DNA of 64,000 bases from Armatimonadota bacterium (GTDB lineage: Bacteria > Armatimonadota > Chthonomonadetes > Chthonomonadales > Chthonomonadaceae): assembly GCA_028871815.1 (NCBI GenBank), contig JAGWMJ010000001.1, positions 584,715 through 648,714 of the forward strand, in the 5' to 3' direction. The position numbers were made by a program, and so were the translations under genes. Every line of letters starts with the position of its first letter. Positions within the stretch are counted from its first letter, which is position 1. Shown in pieces: positions 27,316 to 36,860 of the stretch. The notes under the pieces were generated by a model. It ran no database searches, was not told the DNA's origin, and saw only the letters and a list, made by a program, of their open reading frames with translations.

Positions 27316-28102
27316 CGCCCTCGCTCTCGTCGGGATTGGGCGGCACGGCATACTGCCACATGCGCTCACCAAAGTAGAAGGAGCGTGCTTCGGGGTTGCT
27401 CATCAACTCCTCCGAGGGCCCCTCAGCACGCTTGCGGCCATCCGCCACAATATAGGCGCGCTCGGTAATCCTAAGCATCGCCAGCACGTTATGGTCGGTA
27501 ATCAGGATGCCGATGCCGCGCTCATGCGCCAGCCTCCGGATGATGTTCTCGATATCCTCGATGGCTTTCGGATCAACACCGGTGAAGGGCTCGTCCAGCA
27601 GGATGAACTTCGGTTCTGCCGCCAGCGCCCGTGCGATCTCCACACGCCGCCGCTCACCGCCCGAAAGGGTGCGTCCCAGGTCGTTCCGAAGGCGTTCGAT
27701 ATTCAGTTCATGCAGCAGGCTCGCGGTAATCTCGCGCCGCTTCTGCAGCGGCATGCCCCGCACTTCCAGCACCAGCAGCAGGTTTTGCTCAACGGTGAGG
27801 TTGCGGAACACTGATGGCTCTTGCGGCAGATAGGCGATGCCGGCCCGTGCCCGGCGGTACATGGGCTGCCGGGTTATGTCGATTCCGCCCATCGTGATGT
27901 GACCGCCATTTGGCCGTACCAGCCCAACGATCATATAGAAGGTTGTGGTTTTGCCGGCGCCGTTCGGCCCAAGAAGCCCAACCACTTCGCCTTTTGAAAC
28001 CTCGATGCTGATGCCGTCTACCACGTTGCGCTTGCCGTACCTCTTTACCAGGCTCTCGGCGCACAACTGGATTTCGGTGCGTGGTGCGGCATCAACGGCC
28101 AT
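27296..28102 (-). CDS. lptB: LptB-like ABC transporter ATP-binding protein.
   Basis: Walker A (GPNGAGKTT), the signature LSGGERRRVEIARAL and Walker B (ILLDEPFTGVD) are present. The 268-aa size and the position upstream of lptF fit LptB. Confidence 0.9.
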   Translation of the reverse strand: MAVDAAPRTEIQLCAESLVKRYGKRNVVDGISIEVSKGEVVGLLGPNGAGKTTTFYMIVGLVRPNGGHITMGGIDITRQPMYRRARAGIAYLPQEPSVFRNLTVEQNLLLVLEVRGMPLQKRREITASLLHELNIERLRNDLGRTLSGGERRRVEIARALAAEPKFILLDEPFTGVDPKAIEDIENIIRRLAHERGIGILITDHNVLAMLRITERAYIVADGRKRAEGPSEELMSNPEARSFYFGERMWQYAVPPNPDESEGDDAAPR

Positions 28103-29666
28103 GAGGTTTCCCTGGCGGCCGAGGCGGCGCCGGATGCTTGATCGGCGTCATCTGCAGGCTGGCCGTCTCATTTGGGCTGTCAATGTTCATGCTGTAACTG
28201 CCGTGGTTCAGCATTACCGTAAGCGTGTCGCCTTGCAGTCCCTCCAGCAGCGCCGGCCCGTCGAACTGAGTGGCATCCGTGATACCGGCCCGCATCGGAC
28301 CGGTTACCGCTATCTGCTGCGCTCCATGGACGGTGGTCAACGTGGCTCGAACCCCTGTGCCCGTCAGTGACTGCGGCGCCGGCGCTGTCCGGCGGAACCG
28401 GAAACTGAGCTCACCCCACGCCTGGGCGGAGGAAAGCGCGCCTTTCTCAATTGCGGCGGTAAGGTGGTGCGCATGGATAACCGCTGACGAAGTGTCGTCG
28501 CCCGATGCAGCCTGGATCACCATCGAAGCTCCTGCTGCCGTTAAGCTTGTTCCGCCCGCTTCCTCGGCAGAATCGAAGCGCTGCAGGTTCACCGTGCCGT
28601 CGAGGCTGCCGGTTGACGCCACTGGAGGCGCTCCGGCGGTTTTTGCCGAGGGAATGAACCGTAACATCGCGTGGTCCGGTGCGCCGGAGGCGAAAAACCG
28701 CAGCGCCTTGCCCCAAGCCGCCTTTAAGGAGTCACAGGTGACTACCGCGCGGCCGCCGGCAAAGGATGCCTGAAGCTGCACGTGGCGCTCCAGTAGCGCT
28801 GTGTGGTCGGCAATATCCAGGTGTCCGACTCCGGCGGCGCCACTCGCAGCAAATGCCCCATTCAATTTGGTGGCCGGGCGCGAAACGGTAACCGTCACCG
28901 GGCCGGCAGCTTCGGCCGAAGTCACCCCCTTGTTTGTTCCAGTTACGGCGAGCGATGTACCGCTGATGGAGGCCATACCGCCGGAAGGCTGCGTCACAAC
29001 AGCCTTTACCTCTGTGCCGGTGAACTGTGCGATCCGGCTTTGAGTCACGAGGCCTTGCGAAAAGCCGGCGATCACCACGTGGTCGGCTCCCGCATTTGGG
29101 TGAGCGCCCTTCCGAGGCAGCGGATATGCCGAGATACTGTCCTGCGACGCCGTTCCGAAGAGTTCAATCCGGTGGTCGCCCGACATGCGCATCGTCAGCC
29201 GGCTCACATGGATCGCTGCAGCTCCGGCAAGGATCGCTGGATCGGTGACCGCGGCGGAAACGCCACCACTCAAGCGCACGGTTGCCGCGCCCGAGTCGTA
29301 CTGTGCCGCCGAGGCGCTGCCAATGGTTGACCGGGCGCCGGCTTTGGCCGACTGGACTATCCGGAACTGCACGCCGCCGGTGAGGCGGGCCACCCAGGCG
29401 TGCGATTTGGAATCCACGCTGACGCTGATCGTAGGCGCCCCGAGCGTGCCTGAGGCGCCGTGGGCGGAATCGTCGAGCGTTACACGGGTGTTGGGCCCAC
29501 TCACCGTAGCTCCGCCGGGTCCGGCCGTTCCATGGGTGAACCCGCTCAGGTGGAAGATGCCGTAACGGATCGCTGTCTGCGGAGGCGCAGCATGGCGCAC
29601 CTGCGCACCGGCGCATGAGGCAGCCGCGCAGGCCAGCAGATAGATACCGGTTCGCTCAGGATGCAA
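28092..29666 (-). CDS. Periplasmic protein, putatively LptA/OstA-like (assigned from gene context and composition).
   Basis: A signal peptide reads MHPERTGIYLLACAAASCAGAQV. About 500 aa follow that are rich in A, G, T and S with a beta-strand-like periodicity. The gene overlaps lptB by 11 nt and follows the lptC-like gene. No diagnostic motif was found. Confidence 0.45.
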   Translation of the reverse strand: MHPERTGIYLLACAAASCAGAQVRHAAPPQTAIRYGIFHLSGFTHGTAGPGGATVSGPNTRVTLDDSAHGASGTLGAPTISVSVDSKSHAWVARLTGGVQFRIVQSAKAGARSTIGSASAAQYDSGAATVRLSGGVSAAVTDPAILAGAAAIHVSRLTMRMSGDHRIELFGTASQDSISAYPLPRKGAHPNAGADHVVIAGFSQGLVTQSRIAQFTGTEVKAVVTQPSGGMASISGTSLAVTGTNKGVTSAEAAGPVTVTVSRPATKLNGAFAASGAAGVGHLDIADHTALLERHVQLQASFAGGRAVVTCDSLKAAWGKALRFFASGAPDHAMLRFIPSAKTAGAPPVASTGSLDGTVNLQRFDSAEEAGGTSLTAAGASMVIQAASGDDTSSAVIHAHHLTAAIEKGALSSAQAWGELSFRFRRTAPAPQSLTGTGVRATLTTVHGAQQIAVTGPMRAGITDATQFDGPALLEGLQGDTLTVMLNHGSYSMNIDSPNETASLQMTPIKHPAPPRPPGKPHGR

Positions 29667-30240
29667 TCGTCATCGTCTTTGAAAGCAGGTTATAGGTTAT
29701 CTGGCGGCCGGAGCTGTCTCCTGGAGTGTGACCGCGCCGCCTGTCGTGTACGACCGCGTTGCCTGTGGCAATGATGATGTGCTTTTTGCGATACCAGACC
29801 ATCCGATCTGCCGACATGGTTTCACCCGTCTGCGGGCCGGCCGTACGGATGCTGACTCCACCCGATGCCCATACCACCTGTGCACCAGCATCCACCTGCA
29901 TGGCGGGAGCATCCAGAATGATGGCCAGGTCGCCCTTCTCGTAGAGCATTGCGTGAGCGCCCTGCAGTTTTGCCGGCGTGCCCGGTATCTCAAACGAGAT
30001 CGAGCCATGCGACGCATCGGCGGTCATCACGCGGATTGGCGGCAGGTTGGCGCCGTCTGGATTATCTGTCCACCACGGAATATGAAGCCCCTCCGCGGTT
30101 ATGCCCTTTAGTGTAGCCGCGGTATGCCGTTTGGCCGCACTTTCCGACCGGAGAGATGGCGTAGACCGGGTCCTGCCACCACAGCCGGCGGTAATAGCGG
30201 CCAGCAGCGCAGCGCCCGCTGTGGCGCACCGAGTCCTCAC
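29656..30240 (-). CDS. LptC/OstA-like lipoprotein (putative).
   Basis: The GTG start is chosen because it overlaps the rlmN TGA (GTGA). A lipobox-like LAAITAGCGG is present. OstA-like segments read GNAVVHDRR and ILDAPAMQVDAG. Confidence 0.45.
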   Translation of the reverse strand: MRTRCATAGAALLAAITAGCGGRTRSTPSLRSESAAKRHTAATLKGITAEGLHIPWWTDNPDGANLPPIRVMTADASHGSISFEIPGTPAKLQGAHAMLYEKGDLAIILDAPAMQVDAGAQVVWASGGVSIRTAGPQTGETMSADRMVWYRKKHIIIATGNAVVHDRRRGHTPGDSSGRQITYNLLSKTMTIAS

Positions 30241-31316
30241 GCCTCGGCAGCAATCGGCGTCAGCGAAATAACACCGGTTTGGCGAGGCTTGCCGGCGTGG
30301 GAACCACGCAATTGGCCGCATGCGGCCGCTATCGCCAGACCACGCGTCATGCGCTGCGTCGTTACGCGGCCGGCACGCTCAAGCTCTGCGCGAAACGCGC
30401 CGATAGCCGCAGATGTTGGTCGCCGGTATCCGAGCGCGTTATCCACCGCATTAAACGGAATAAGGTTCACGTTGCCGGGTAACTGGTGGCGCGCCAGCAG
30501 TTGCGCTAATGCCCGGGCCTGAGCCGGAGCATCATTAACACCGGCAATCAGCAGATACTCAAACGTGAGGTTGCGGCGCGTCGATATCGTCCACTCATGG
30601 CAAGCCGAGAGAATATCATCCAGCTTCCACTTGCGGGCGGTAGGTATCAACCGGGCGCGCAGATGGTCGTCCGGGGCGTGCAGCGATAACGCAAGCGTTA
30701 CGGGCAGCCGTTCGGAGGCCATCTTCCGGATGGCGGGCGCAATGCCAACTGTGGAGATGGTGATGTTCCGAGCCGAAAGACCGACCTCGGAGGTGAGCAG
30801 CCGCACGCTCTCCACGGTTGCCGCGTAGTTCCAGAGGGGTTCACCCATTCCCATATAGACTACGTGGGTGATCCTCCGGCCGTCTCTCTGCATGGCCAGC
30901 AGTTGACCCACAATCTCGCCGGCTGTCAGGTTTCTGGAAAAGCCTCCCTGCCCCGTAGCGCAAAACCGGCATCCTGCCGCGCAGCCAACCTGGGTGGAGA
31001 GGCAGCAACTGGTTCGGCTGGAGTAGGGCAGATAGACGCTCTCCACAATCTCACCATCGCCGAGCCTCAGAAGGTACTTTGCAGTTCCATCCGCTGCATC
31101 TACCTTGAGCACCGTCTCCGGCAGCCCGGTGACGAACTCCCGAGCCAGCTGCCCGCGCAGCGCTAGCGGCAGATCGGTCATGGCATCAAAATCCGATGCT
31201 CCCCGTCGGTACAACCACGCAGCGACCTGGCGTCCGCGCCAGGCAGGCTGGCCAAGGCCGACCAGCCTGCCCGCAATCTCGGCCGAGGTCAATCCCGTAA
31301 GCGGCAGTTGCATCAC
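30237..31316 (-). CDS. rlmN: 23S rRNA/tRNA (adenine-C2)-methyltransferase RlmN (radical SAM).
   Basis: The radical-SAM cluster CLSTQVGCAAGCRFCATG is present, with VYMGMGEPLWNY and a C-terminal conserved Cys region. Confidence 0.9.
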   Translation of the reverse strand: MMQLPLTGLTSAEIAGRLVGLGQPAWRGRQVAAWLYRRGASDFDAMTDLPLALRGQLAREFVTGLPETVLKVDAADGTAKYLLRLGDGEIVESVYLPYSSRTSCCLSTQVGCAAGCRFCATGQGGFSRNLTAGEIVGQLLAMQRDGRRITHVVYMGMGEPLWNYAATVESVRLLTSEVGLSARNITISTVGIAPAIRKMASERLPVTLALSLHAPDDHLRARLIPTARKWKLDDILSACHEWTISTRRNLTFEYLLIAGVNDAPAQARALAQLLARHQLPGNVNLIPFNAVDNALGYRRPTSAAIGAFRAELERAGRVTTQRMTRGLAIAAACGQLRGSHAGKPRQTGVISLTPIAAEA

Positions 31317-31330
31317 GGCTGGTTCGGGCT

Positions 31331-32671
31331 TCAGGGCCGGCCGGGAACCCGCGGCAGACGCGGCGGCGTGCCCGCCGGCACCGGTGTTGGCTGTGGTTCA
31401 GCGGGTGGCTGCGGAGCCGCCGGTTCGGGTGCGGCAGCAGCGTCACCGGTGACCGGCAAGCTGGTAATCACGCGTGCGGCGAGCAGTGTTTGCACCACGC
31501 GCAGCACGTCGTCGGAGCCTCCCTTTACGGCGCCACCACTATCGGCTCCGCTGCCACCACCGATGTTGACGAACTGACCACGCGCTAACGCTCCGGCAAC
31601 TTCGTGCGTGAGGGACGGCGCCAGCTCCAGGCGCTTCAAATCGAGATAGGCCGCGCCCGCCGCCGCCAATGCGTCGGCCTTCATCCGGATCGCTTCGGCG
31701 TCGGCCTCAGCGACCAGCTTGATCCGGCTAGCCTGCGCGCGGCCCTCCGCCTCCTGTTGAATAACGTTTTGCTCCGCATCGGCGCGCGCCTGTGTTATCT
31801 GCGATGCTGCAAGCTCTGCCTCGCGCTGCTGCCGGACTGCCGACTGCTTTTCGGCCTCAGCTCGGGCGATCGCCGCGCCATTGCTGGCGATCTGCATGTT
31901 CAGGTTCTTCTCCTGATCGTTCACGCTCTGTTGAGCCTCCAGCTGCGCAATGCGCGCGCGCTGCTCCTCCTGCGCCTGCACCACGTCGGCGCTCGCCTTG
32001 GCTCTTGCCGCCGATTCACGCCGCCGGGCCTCTGCAACTTCACTCTGGACGCCCTTGATATTGAGGCTGTTGAACGAGAGGCCGAGGTCCAGCAGTTCCC
32101 GCGAACACGCATCCTTGATAATTACGGCCAGCTCATCATCATCGCTGCGAGGCGCCAGCGCATCCACTCCATGGGCTGGTGCTACCAGCGCCGCAGGCTG
32201 CGCCGAGCGGCTGTTGAACAGCTGGTCGTGCTTCAGCAGGTTGATGGCGCGGCGAGCGGCCGAAGAGAGCACGTCGGTGAGCGTGGAAAGCTGCTCCATG
32301 TTCGGCTTGGAGAAGAACTTGTTGGCCGCGGTACGAACCATCGAGTCATCTTCCCCCACGCTGACGATGGCGGATGCCTTCACAGTAACCTTTACGGGCG
32401 CCGGCTTGCCGTTAGAATCCAGGTCGGCCGTCTGGTCGGTGATCTCGATATCCACATTGATCGCCTGCGCCGGGATGCTGCGGCTTACAGTGAGCAGCGG
32501 CACCATCATCGCCTTGCACGGCCCGCGAAAAATCCGCAAGTTGCCACCCAGCCAACTGACAAGGCGTATCTCGCCCGCATCCACATTGCGCAAAAACGCA
32601 TTGATGATTGCCGGAATGAGAACCACAACAGCAACAATGGCGCCTAGCGCCACGATCAACGGAGTAGCCAT
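31331..32671 (-). CDS. Flotillin-like SPFH/band-7 protein (FloA/YqiK-like).
   Basis: An N-terminal transmembrane helix is followed by an SPFH-like domain, a long EA-rich coiled coil (EAEKQSAVRQQREAELAASQ...) and a Pro-rich tail. Confidence 0.8.
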   Translation of the reverse strand: MATPLIVALGAIVAVVVLIPAIINAFLRNVDAGEIRLVSWLGGNLRIFRGPCKAMMVPLLTVSRSIPAQAINVDIEITDQTADLDSNGKPAPVKVTVKASAIVSVGEDDSMVRTAANKFFSKPNMEQLSTLTDVLSSAARRAINLLKHDQLFNSRSAQPAALVAPAHGVDALAPRSDDDELAVIIKDACSRELLDLGLSFNSLNIKGVQSEVAEARRRESAARAKASADVVQAQEEQRARIAQLEAQQSVNDQEKNLNMQIASNGAAIARAEAEKQSAVRQQREAELAASQITQARADAEQNVIQQEAEGRAQASRIKLVAEADAEAIRMKADALAAAGAAYLDLKRLELAPSLTHEVAGALARGQFVNIGGGSGADSGGAVKGGSDDVLRVVQTLLAARVITSLPVTGDAAAAPEPAAPQPPAEPQPTPVPAGTPPRLPRVPGRP

Positions 32672-32687
32672 ACGTGTATCCTCCTGG

Positions 32688-33293
32688 TTACAACAGCGTA
32701 ACCGTTACATGTTCCTTGCCCGGTTCCACGTCAACGATGCGTAAGGTATCGCCAACCGAAACCACCGATGCCTTCTCTGCCGGGTTCAAAGAGGCACTCA
32801 ACTGTATGCTGCGGCCATCGTGAACCAGCCTCACCACGCCCTTTCCGTTGTGAAACTCCGTTACCGCGACAGCCTCAGTCATCAGTGCGTCTGTGAGCGG
32901 CGAGGTCGGCTTTCCCTCGAATCGCGACATCAGATTCCAGAGCGGGGTAGCAACCATCCTCTCAAGGAGAATGGCCCCCAACGCTGCTGTGATCGCCGCT
33001 GGGACCACCTTCCACGCCAGACCGCTTTGCAGCGCATAGCCGAATGCGCCGAAGAGCGTGGCCATCGTAAAAACGACCCGCGGCGCCGGAATGAACCGGA
33101 ATGCATTCGATAGGCGATTGTCCTGCTGGACGTGCGCGGCATGCGGCCCGGGGTGGGCGACGTGCGCAGGATGGCCAACATGGGCATGCGGAATGTGGCC
33201 GCCCGCGTGGTGGCCAAGCCGCCCGAACCCTGGCACGGCCAACAGGGCCATCCCAGCAAGTCCGGCAATAAACACTACCAGAAAGAGTGACAT
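32688..33293 (-). CDS. NfeD-like membrane protein (YqiJ/YuaF-type) paired with the flotillin gene.
   Basis: An N-terminal transmembrane helix and hydrophobic segments are followed by a C-terminal OB-fold-like GKGVVRLVHDGRSIQLSA...GDTLRIVDVE. It has a His-rich linker, HHAGGHIPHAHVGHPAHVAHPGPHAAHV. Confidence 0.7.
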   Translation of the reverse strand: MSLFLVVFIAGLAGMALLAVPGFGRLGHHAGGHIPHAHVGHPAHVAHPGPHAAHVQQDNRLSNAFRFIPAPRVVFTMATLFGAFGYALQSGLAWKVVPAAITAALGAILLERMVATPLWNLMSRFEGKPTSPLTDALMTEAVAVTEFHNGKGVVRLVHDGRSIQLSASLNPAEKASVVSVGDTLRIVDVEPGKEHVTVTLL

Positions 33294-33315
33294 AACGGAA
33301 GTACGAGTCTGCCGG

Positions 33316-35163
33316 CTATCCGGTTACATGCCGAACCATCTCCACGATGTGCCTGGCGCTGATACCGGCTGCGTCCAGCAGTTCTGCCGGTTTTCCAGAG
33401 CCCGGCATTGAGCGAACTGCCATCCGCGTGACCACGGGACGCGGTTCCGTGCGGCCATCAAACGCCTCACAGACGGCGTCGGCGATGCCGCCCTCGGGCC
33501 AGTGGTCCTCAACCACGATGAGGCGTCCGGCGCAGTCACGTGCGGCTTCAAACAGTGTTTCGGCATCCAGGGGCTTTAGGCTGTAAAGATCGATAACGCG
33601 GATATTGAGCCCCGACTGGTGCAGCGTTTCGTAGGCGGCCAGCGCTTCGTAGAGCGTGATACCGGCTGCAATGACTGCCGCGGCATCGGAATCTGAACGG
33701 CGCAAGACTTTGCTTCCGCCGATTGCAAAGGTTTCGTGGGCGCCGTAAATAACCGGCAGCTTCTCGCGCGTGGTTCGCATATACACAACGCCGGTCCGGT
33801 TCGCCATCTCTCCGACGAGAGCAGCCGCCGTCGTGGCGCAGCTGGGGTAGAGCACGGTGCTGCCGTGTACCGTGCGCATCATTGCCAAATCTTCCAGCGC
33901 CATCTGCGAGGGTCCGTCTTCGCCGATTGAGACGCCGGCATGCGAGCCTGCAAGCCGGATGTTTGCCCGCGAAATCGCAGCCATCCGGATCTGGTCGAAG
34001 GCACGGCTGAAGAAGGCGGCAAAGGTGCTGGCGAAGGGCTTTTTGCCCAGTATCTGCGCTCCGACTGCTGCACTTACCAGCTGCTGCTCGGCAATGTAGC
34101 ACTCGAAGAAGCGCTGTGGATACTCCTTCTTGAACCGGTCGCTAAATGTGGAGTTGCTCACCTCACCATCGAAAGCCACCACGGCGCCATCCGAGGCGCC
34201 AAGCGCGTGCAAGCCGTCGCCATATGCCTCGCGCGTGGCCACCTTGCTGCCGACATCGTACTTCGGAGGCTCGAACCTGCCAGGCGCCGGCGTTGCGGGC
34301 GCCACGCCGCTGTGTGCCGGTGGAGGAGTAACCCGCACGTTGCCGGCCGGCGATCCCAATTCCACAAGCGCCCGTTCGGCCTCATCCGGCGACAGCGCCT
34401 TGCCGTGCCAGCCCTCCTTGTTCGCCAGAAACGAGACGCCGGCGCCCTTTTCGGTTTTCGCCACAATCAGTGTGGGCCGCTCCGTTTCCGCCACGGCGCG
34501 CCGGTATGCCTCGTCCACCGCCTCCACACTGTGGCCGTCGATCGCGAAGGCGTTCCAGCCAAAGGCTTCGGCCCGCGCCACATAGTGATCGCCCTCCCAC
34601 TGAAGCATGGTTGGGCCGCGCTGACCCAGGCGGTTCATATCGAGAATGGCCGTGATGCTGCCAAGACGATAGAACCCGGCGAGTTCAAACCCTTCCCACA
34701 CGCTGCCCTCCGCGGTTTCGCTGTCGCCCATCAGTACCCAGTAATTCGAGGGAAGCTTGTCCAGCCGTGCGGCAAGGGCAAGGCCGATGGCCGTCGGCAG
34801 GCCCTGGCCCAGCGATCCCGTGGCCACATCCACCCAGGGCAGCTCCGGCGTCGGGTGCCCCTCGATGCGGCTGCCATACTTGCGGAGCGTCAACAACTCG
34901 GCATCCGTAATCGCGCCGGCGGCCTTGTACATGCTGTAGAGGAGCGGTGCTGCGTGGCCCTTCGAGAAAATGAGGCGGTCATTCAGCGGATTGTGCGGAT
35001 TGTTGAAGTCGTAATTCAGCCACGAGGAAAGCAGCACCGCCATGAGATCCGCGGCAGACATGCTGGAGGTGGGGTGGCCCGAGCCCGCCGCCGTCGTGCT
35101 CCGGATGCTGTCTGCCCGCAACTGCGCTGCCAGCGCTTTCCAATCAACCGCGGTATAAGCCAT
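33316..35163 (-). CDS. tkt: Transketolase.
   Basis: The TPP-binding motif GSGHPTSSMSAADLMAVL...SKGHAAPLLYSMY is present. The start is at an internal ATG that has GGAGAG 6 nt upstream. The track ORF start at 35466 adds an Arg/Pro-rich extension. Confidence 0.9.
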   Translation of the reverse strand: MAYTAVDWKALAAQLRADSIRSTTAAGSGHPTSSMSAADLMAVLLSSWLNYDFNNPHNPLNDRLIFSKGHAAPLLYSMYKAAGAITDAELLTLRKYGSRIEGHPTPELPWVDVATGSLGQGLPTAIGLALAARLDKLPSNYWVLMGDSETAEGSVWEGFELAGFYRLGSITAILDMNRLGQRGPTMLQWEGDHYVARAEAFGWNAFAIDGHSVEAVDEAYRRAVAETERPTLIVAKTEKGAGVSFLANKEGWHGKALSPDEAERALVELGSPAGNVRVTPPPAHSGVAPATPAPGRFEPPKYDVGSKVATREAYGDGLHALGASDGAVVAFDGEVSNSTFSDRFKKEYPQRFFECYIAEQQLVSAAVGAQILGKKPFASTFAAFFSRAFDQIRMAAISRANIRLAGSHAGVSIGEDGPSQMALEDLAMMRTVHGSTVLYPSCATTAAALVGEMANRTGVVYMRTTREKLPVIYGAHETFAIGGSKVLRRSDSDAAAVIAAGITLYEALAAYETLHQSGLNIRVIDLYSLKPLDAETLFEAARDCAGRLIVVEDHWPEGGIADAVCEAFDGRTEPRPVVTRMAVRSMPGSGKPAELLDAAGISARHIVEMVRHVTG

Positions 35164-35336
35164 CAAAATCTCTCCTGGTCCCGGTTCAATCGGCGGTACT
35201 GCTGCCTTACCCGTATTTTGGCACAATGTAGCCGGGGAGCGACGGGTGACTGGAACACTCACCGCTCGCCGTTCGCGCTGGTATAATTGGTAGTGCTCCG
35301 AACGAGCCTCTCCCAACGCCCGCCTCCACGCTAAAA

Positions 35337-35786
35337 ATGGCCCGATTTCTCGGTCTGGATATTGGCGATGCCCGTACGGGCGTCGCGGTGAGTGACGCCA
35401 ATGGGCGTATGGCGCTGCCGGTTGAAACGGTGGTTCGTACGCGCTCGATACGGCAGGATGCCGCACGGATTGCCAGGTTGGCCGTTGAGCGCGATGCGAC
35501 AGCTATCGTGGTCGGTCTGCCGAAAATGATGAACGGCGCCGAGAGTGAGCAGGCTTCGCGAATCGACGCCTTCATCCGAGTGCTGCGCGGATACGTACGT
35601 ATTCCGATCCATATGCAGGACGAGCGGCTCACCACCCACGCCGCTGCACAGGTACTGCGTGATGTTGGAACCAGGCGCAGGACTCGCAAAGGGCAGCTCG
35701 ACGCTGCGGCGGCGTGCATCATTCTGCAGGAGTGGCTGGACGCACAGACCGTACCGGCCCTCGCCGACGCGAGCGAGGCCGAGTGA
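35337..35786 (+). CDS. yqgF: Pre-16S rRNA nuclease YqgF/RuvX (Holliday-junction-resolvase-like).
   Basis: MARFLGLDIGDARTGVAVSD...AIVVGLPKMMNG...DERLTT. Confidence 0.9.
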   Translation: MARFLGLDIGDARTGVAVSDANGRMALPVETVVRTRSIRQDAARIARLAVERDATAIVVGLPKMMNGAESEQASRIDAFIRVLRGYVRIPIHMQDERLTTHAAAQVLRDVGTRRRTRKGQLDAAAACIILQEWLDAQTVPALADASEAE

Positions 35787-36847
35787 GGCGGGGCAAAGGC
35801 AAACGCCGGAAGGCGAATGGCATCCGTTGGAAGCTCATGCTCGTCGCGGCCGCAGCCTCAGCCGTTAGCCTTGGCTGGCTGGCATCGCTCACGAACCCGG
35901 GCGGCCACAGCCATGCGCTGCGGAGCGTAACGGTGCCGGCCGGAGCCGGCTTGCGTGGCGTCGGATCGGCCCTTGCCTCGGCGGGCATAGTACGCAGCGC
36001 CTGGGTGTTCGATCTCTACGCGTGGTTCCGTGGGCCGGCTTCAGGCATCCAGGCTGGCAGATACCGTCTCTCCCAGGACATGACGCTGGGACAGGTGTTT
36101 CGCGAGCTTCGCATGGGCCCTATAGCAAGCGATGTCGGCTTGATCAAGCTGACGGTACCGGAGGGTTTTACCGCCCGTCAGATCGCAAGGCGGCTCACCG
36201 AGCTCGGGATCTGCGATGGGAACGAGTTCTATCGTGAGGCAACCCGTTCGGCTTCCATCTCGGAGTGCCACGCCACGTTTAAGCTGCCAACGAACACGCT
36301 GGAGGGTTATCTCTTTCCCGATACCTACAGCTTCCCGCGGAACGTGCCGCCTGGCCGCGTGATCGATGCGATGCTTGACGATTTTGGTCGCCGATTTGCA
36401 GCGCAGAATGCCGCTGCCGTGGCAAAATCGGGCAAGTCGCTCAACCAGATTGTGATTGAGGCCTCGATTATCGAGCGCGAGGCCAAAGCGCCCCAGGACC
36501 GCGCGCGGATTGCCGGCGTGATCAATAACCGGCTGAAACGAAAGATGCCGCTGGACGTAGACGCCACGGTACTCTATGCACTCGGATATCACAAATCGCA
36601 TGTTCTATATCGCGATTTACGGGTAGATTCCCCGTACAATACCTACCGGCATGTCGGACTGCCACCGGCGGCGATCTCCAACCCCGGCGTGCCCTCGCTC
36701 ATGGCCGCGCTCTATCCTGAGCACAACAACTACCTGTACTATGTAGCCGGCCCCGGTGGCGCACATATCTTCGAAACTACCAGCCTGCAGCATATGGCCG
36801 ACGTAGCCCGGCTGCGGTCCGTCCGGCCGAACGGCGCTATCGACTAG
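35783..36847 (+). CDS. mltG: Endolytic murein transglycosylase MltG (YceG family).
   Basis: The YceG signature GYLFPDTYSF is present after a basic cytoplasmic segment and a transmembrane helix. Its GTG start overlaps the yqgF TGA (GTGA). Confidence 0.85.
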   Translation: MRRGKGKRRKANGIRWKLMLVAAAASAVSLGWLASLTNPGGHSHALRSVTVPAGAGLRGVGSALASAGIVRSAWVFDLYAWFRGPASGIQAGRYRLSQDMTLGQVFRELRMGPIASDVGLIKLTVPEGFTARQIARRLTELGICDGNEFYREATRSASISECHATFKLPTNTLEGYLFPDTYSFPRNVPPGRVIDAMLDDFGRRFAAQNAAAVAKSGKSLNQIVIEASIIEREAKAPQDRARIAGVINNRLKRKMPLDVDATVLYALGYHKSHVLYRDLRVDSPYNTYRHVGLPPAAISNPGVPSLMAALYPEHNNYLYYVAGPGGAHIFETTSLQHMADVARLRSVRPNGAID

Positions 36848-36860
36848 CCAGGCTACAATC

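Noticed and set aside
28092-29666. Alternative reading of the 524-aa periplasmic protein as a surface adhesin.
   Set aside because: Its tight overlap with lptB and its position after the lptC-like gene favour an Lpt bridge component. No adhesin motifs were seen. The assignment remains low-confidence either way.
31604-32647. 347-aa plus-strand ORF.
   Set aside because: Antisense to the flotillin gene.
33940-35286. 448-aa plus-strand ORF.
   Set aside because: Antisense shadow of the transketolase gene; no motifs and Arg-rich.
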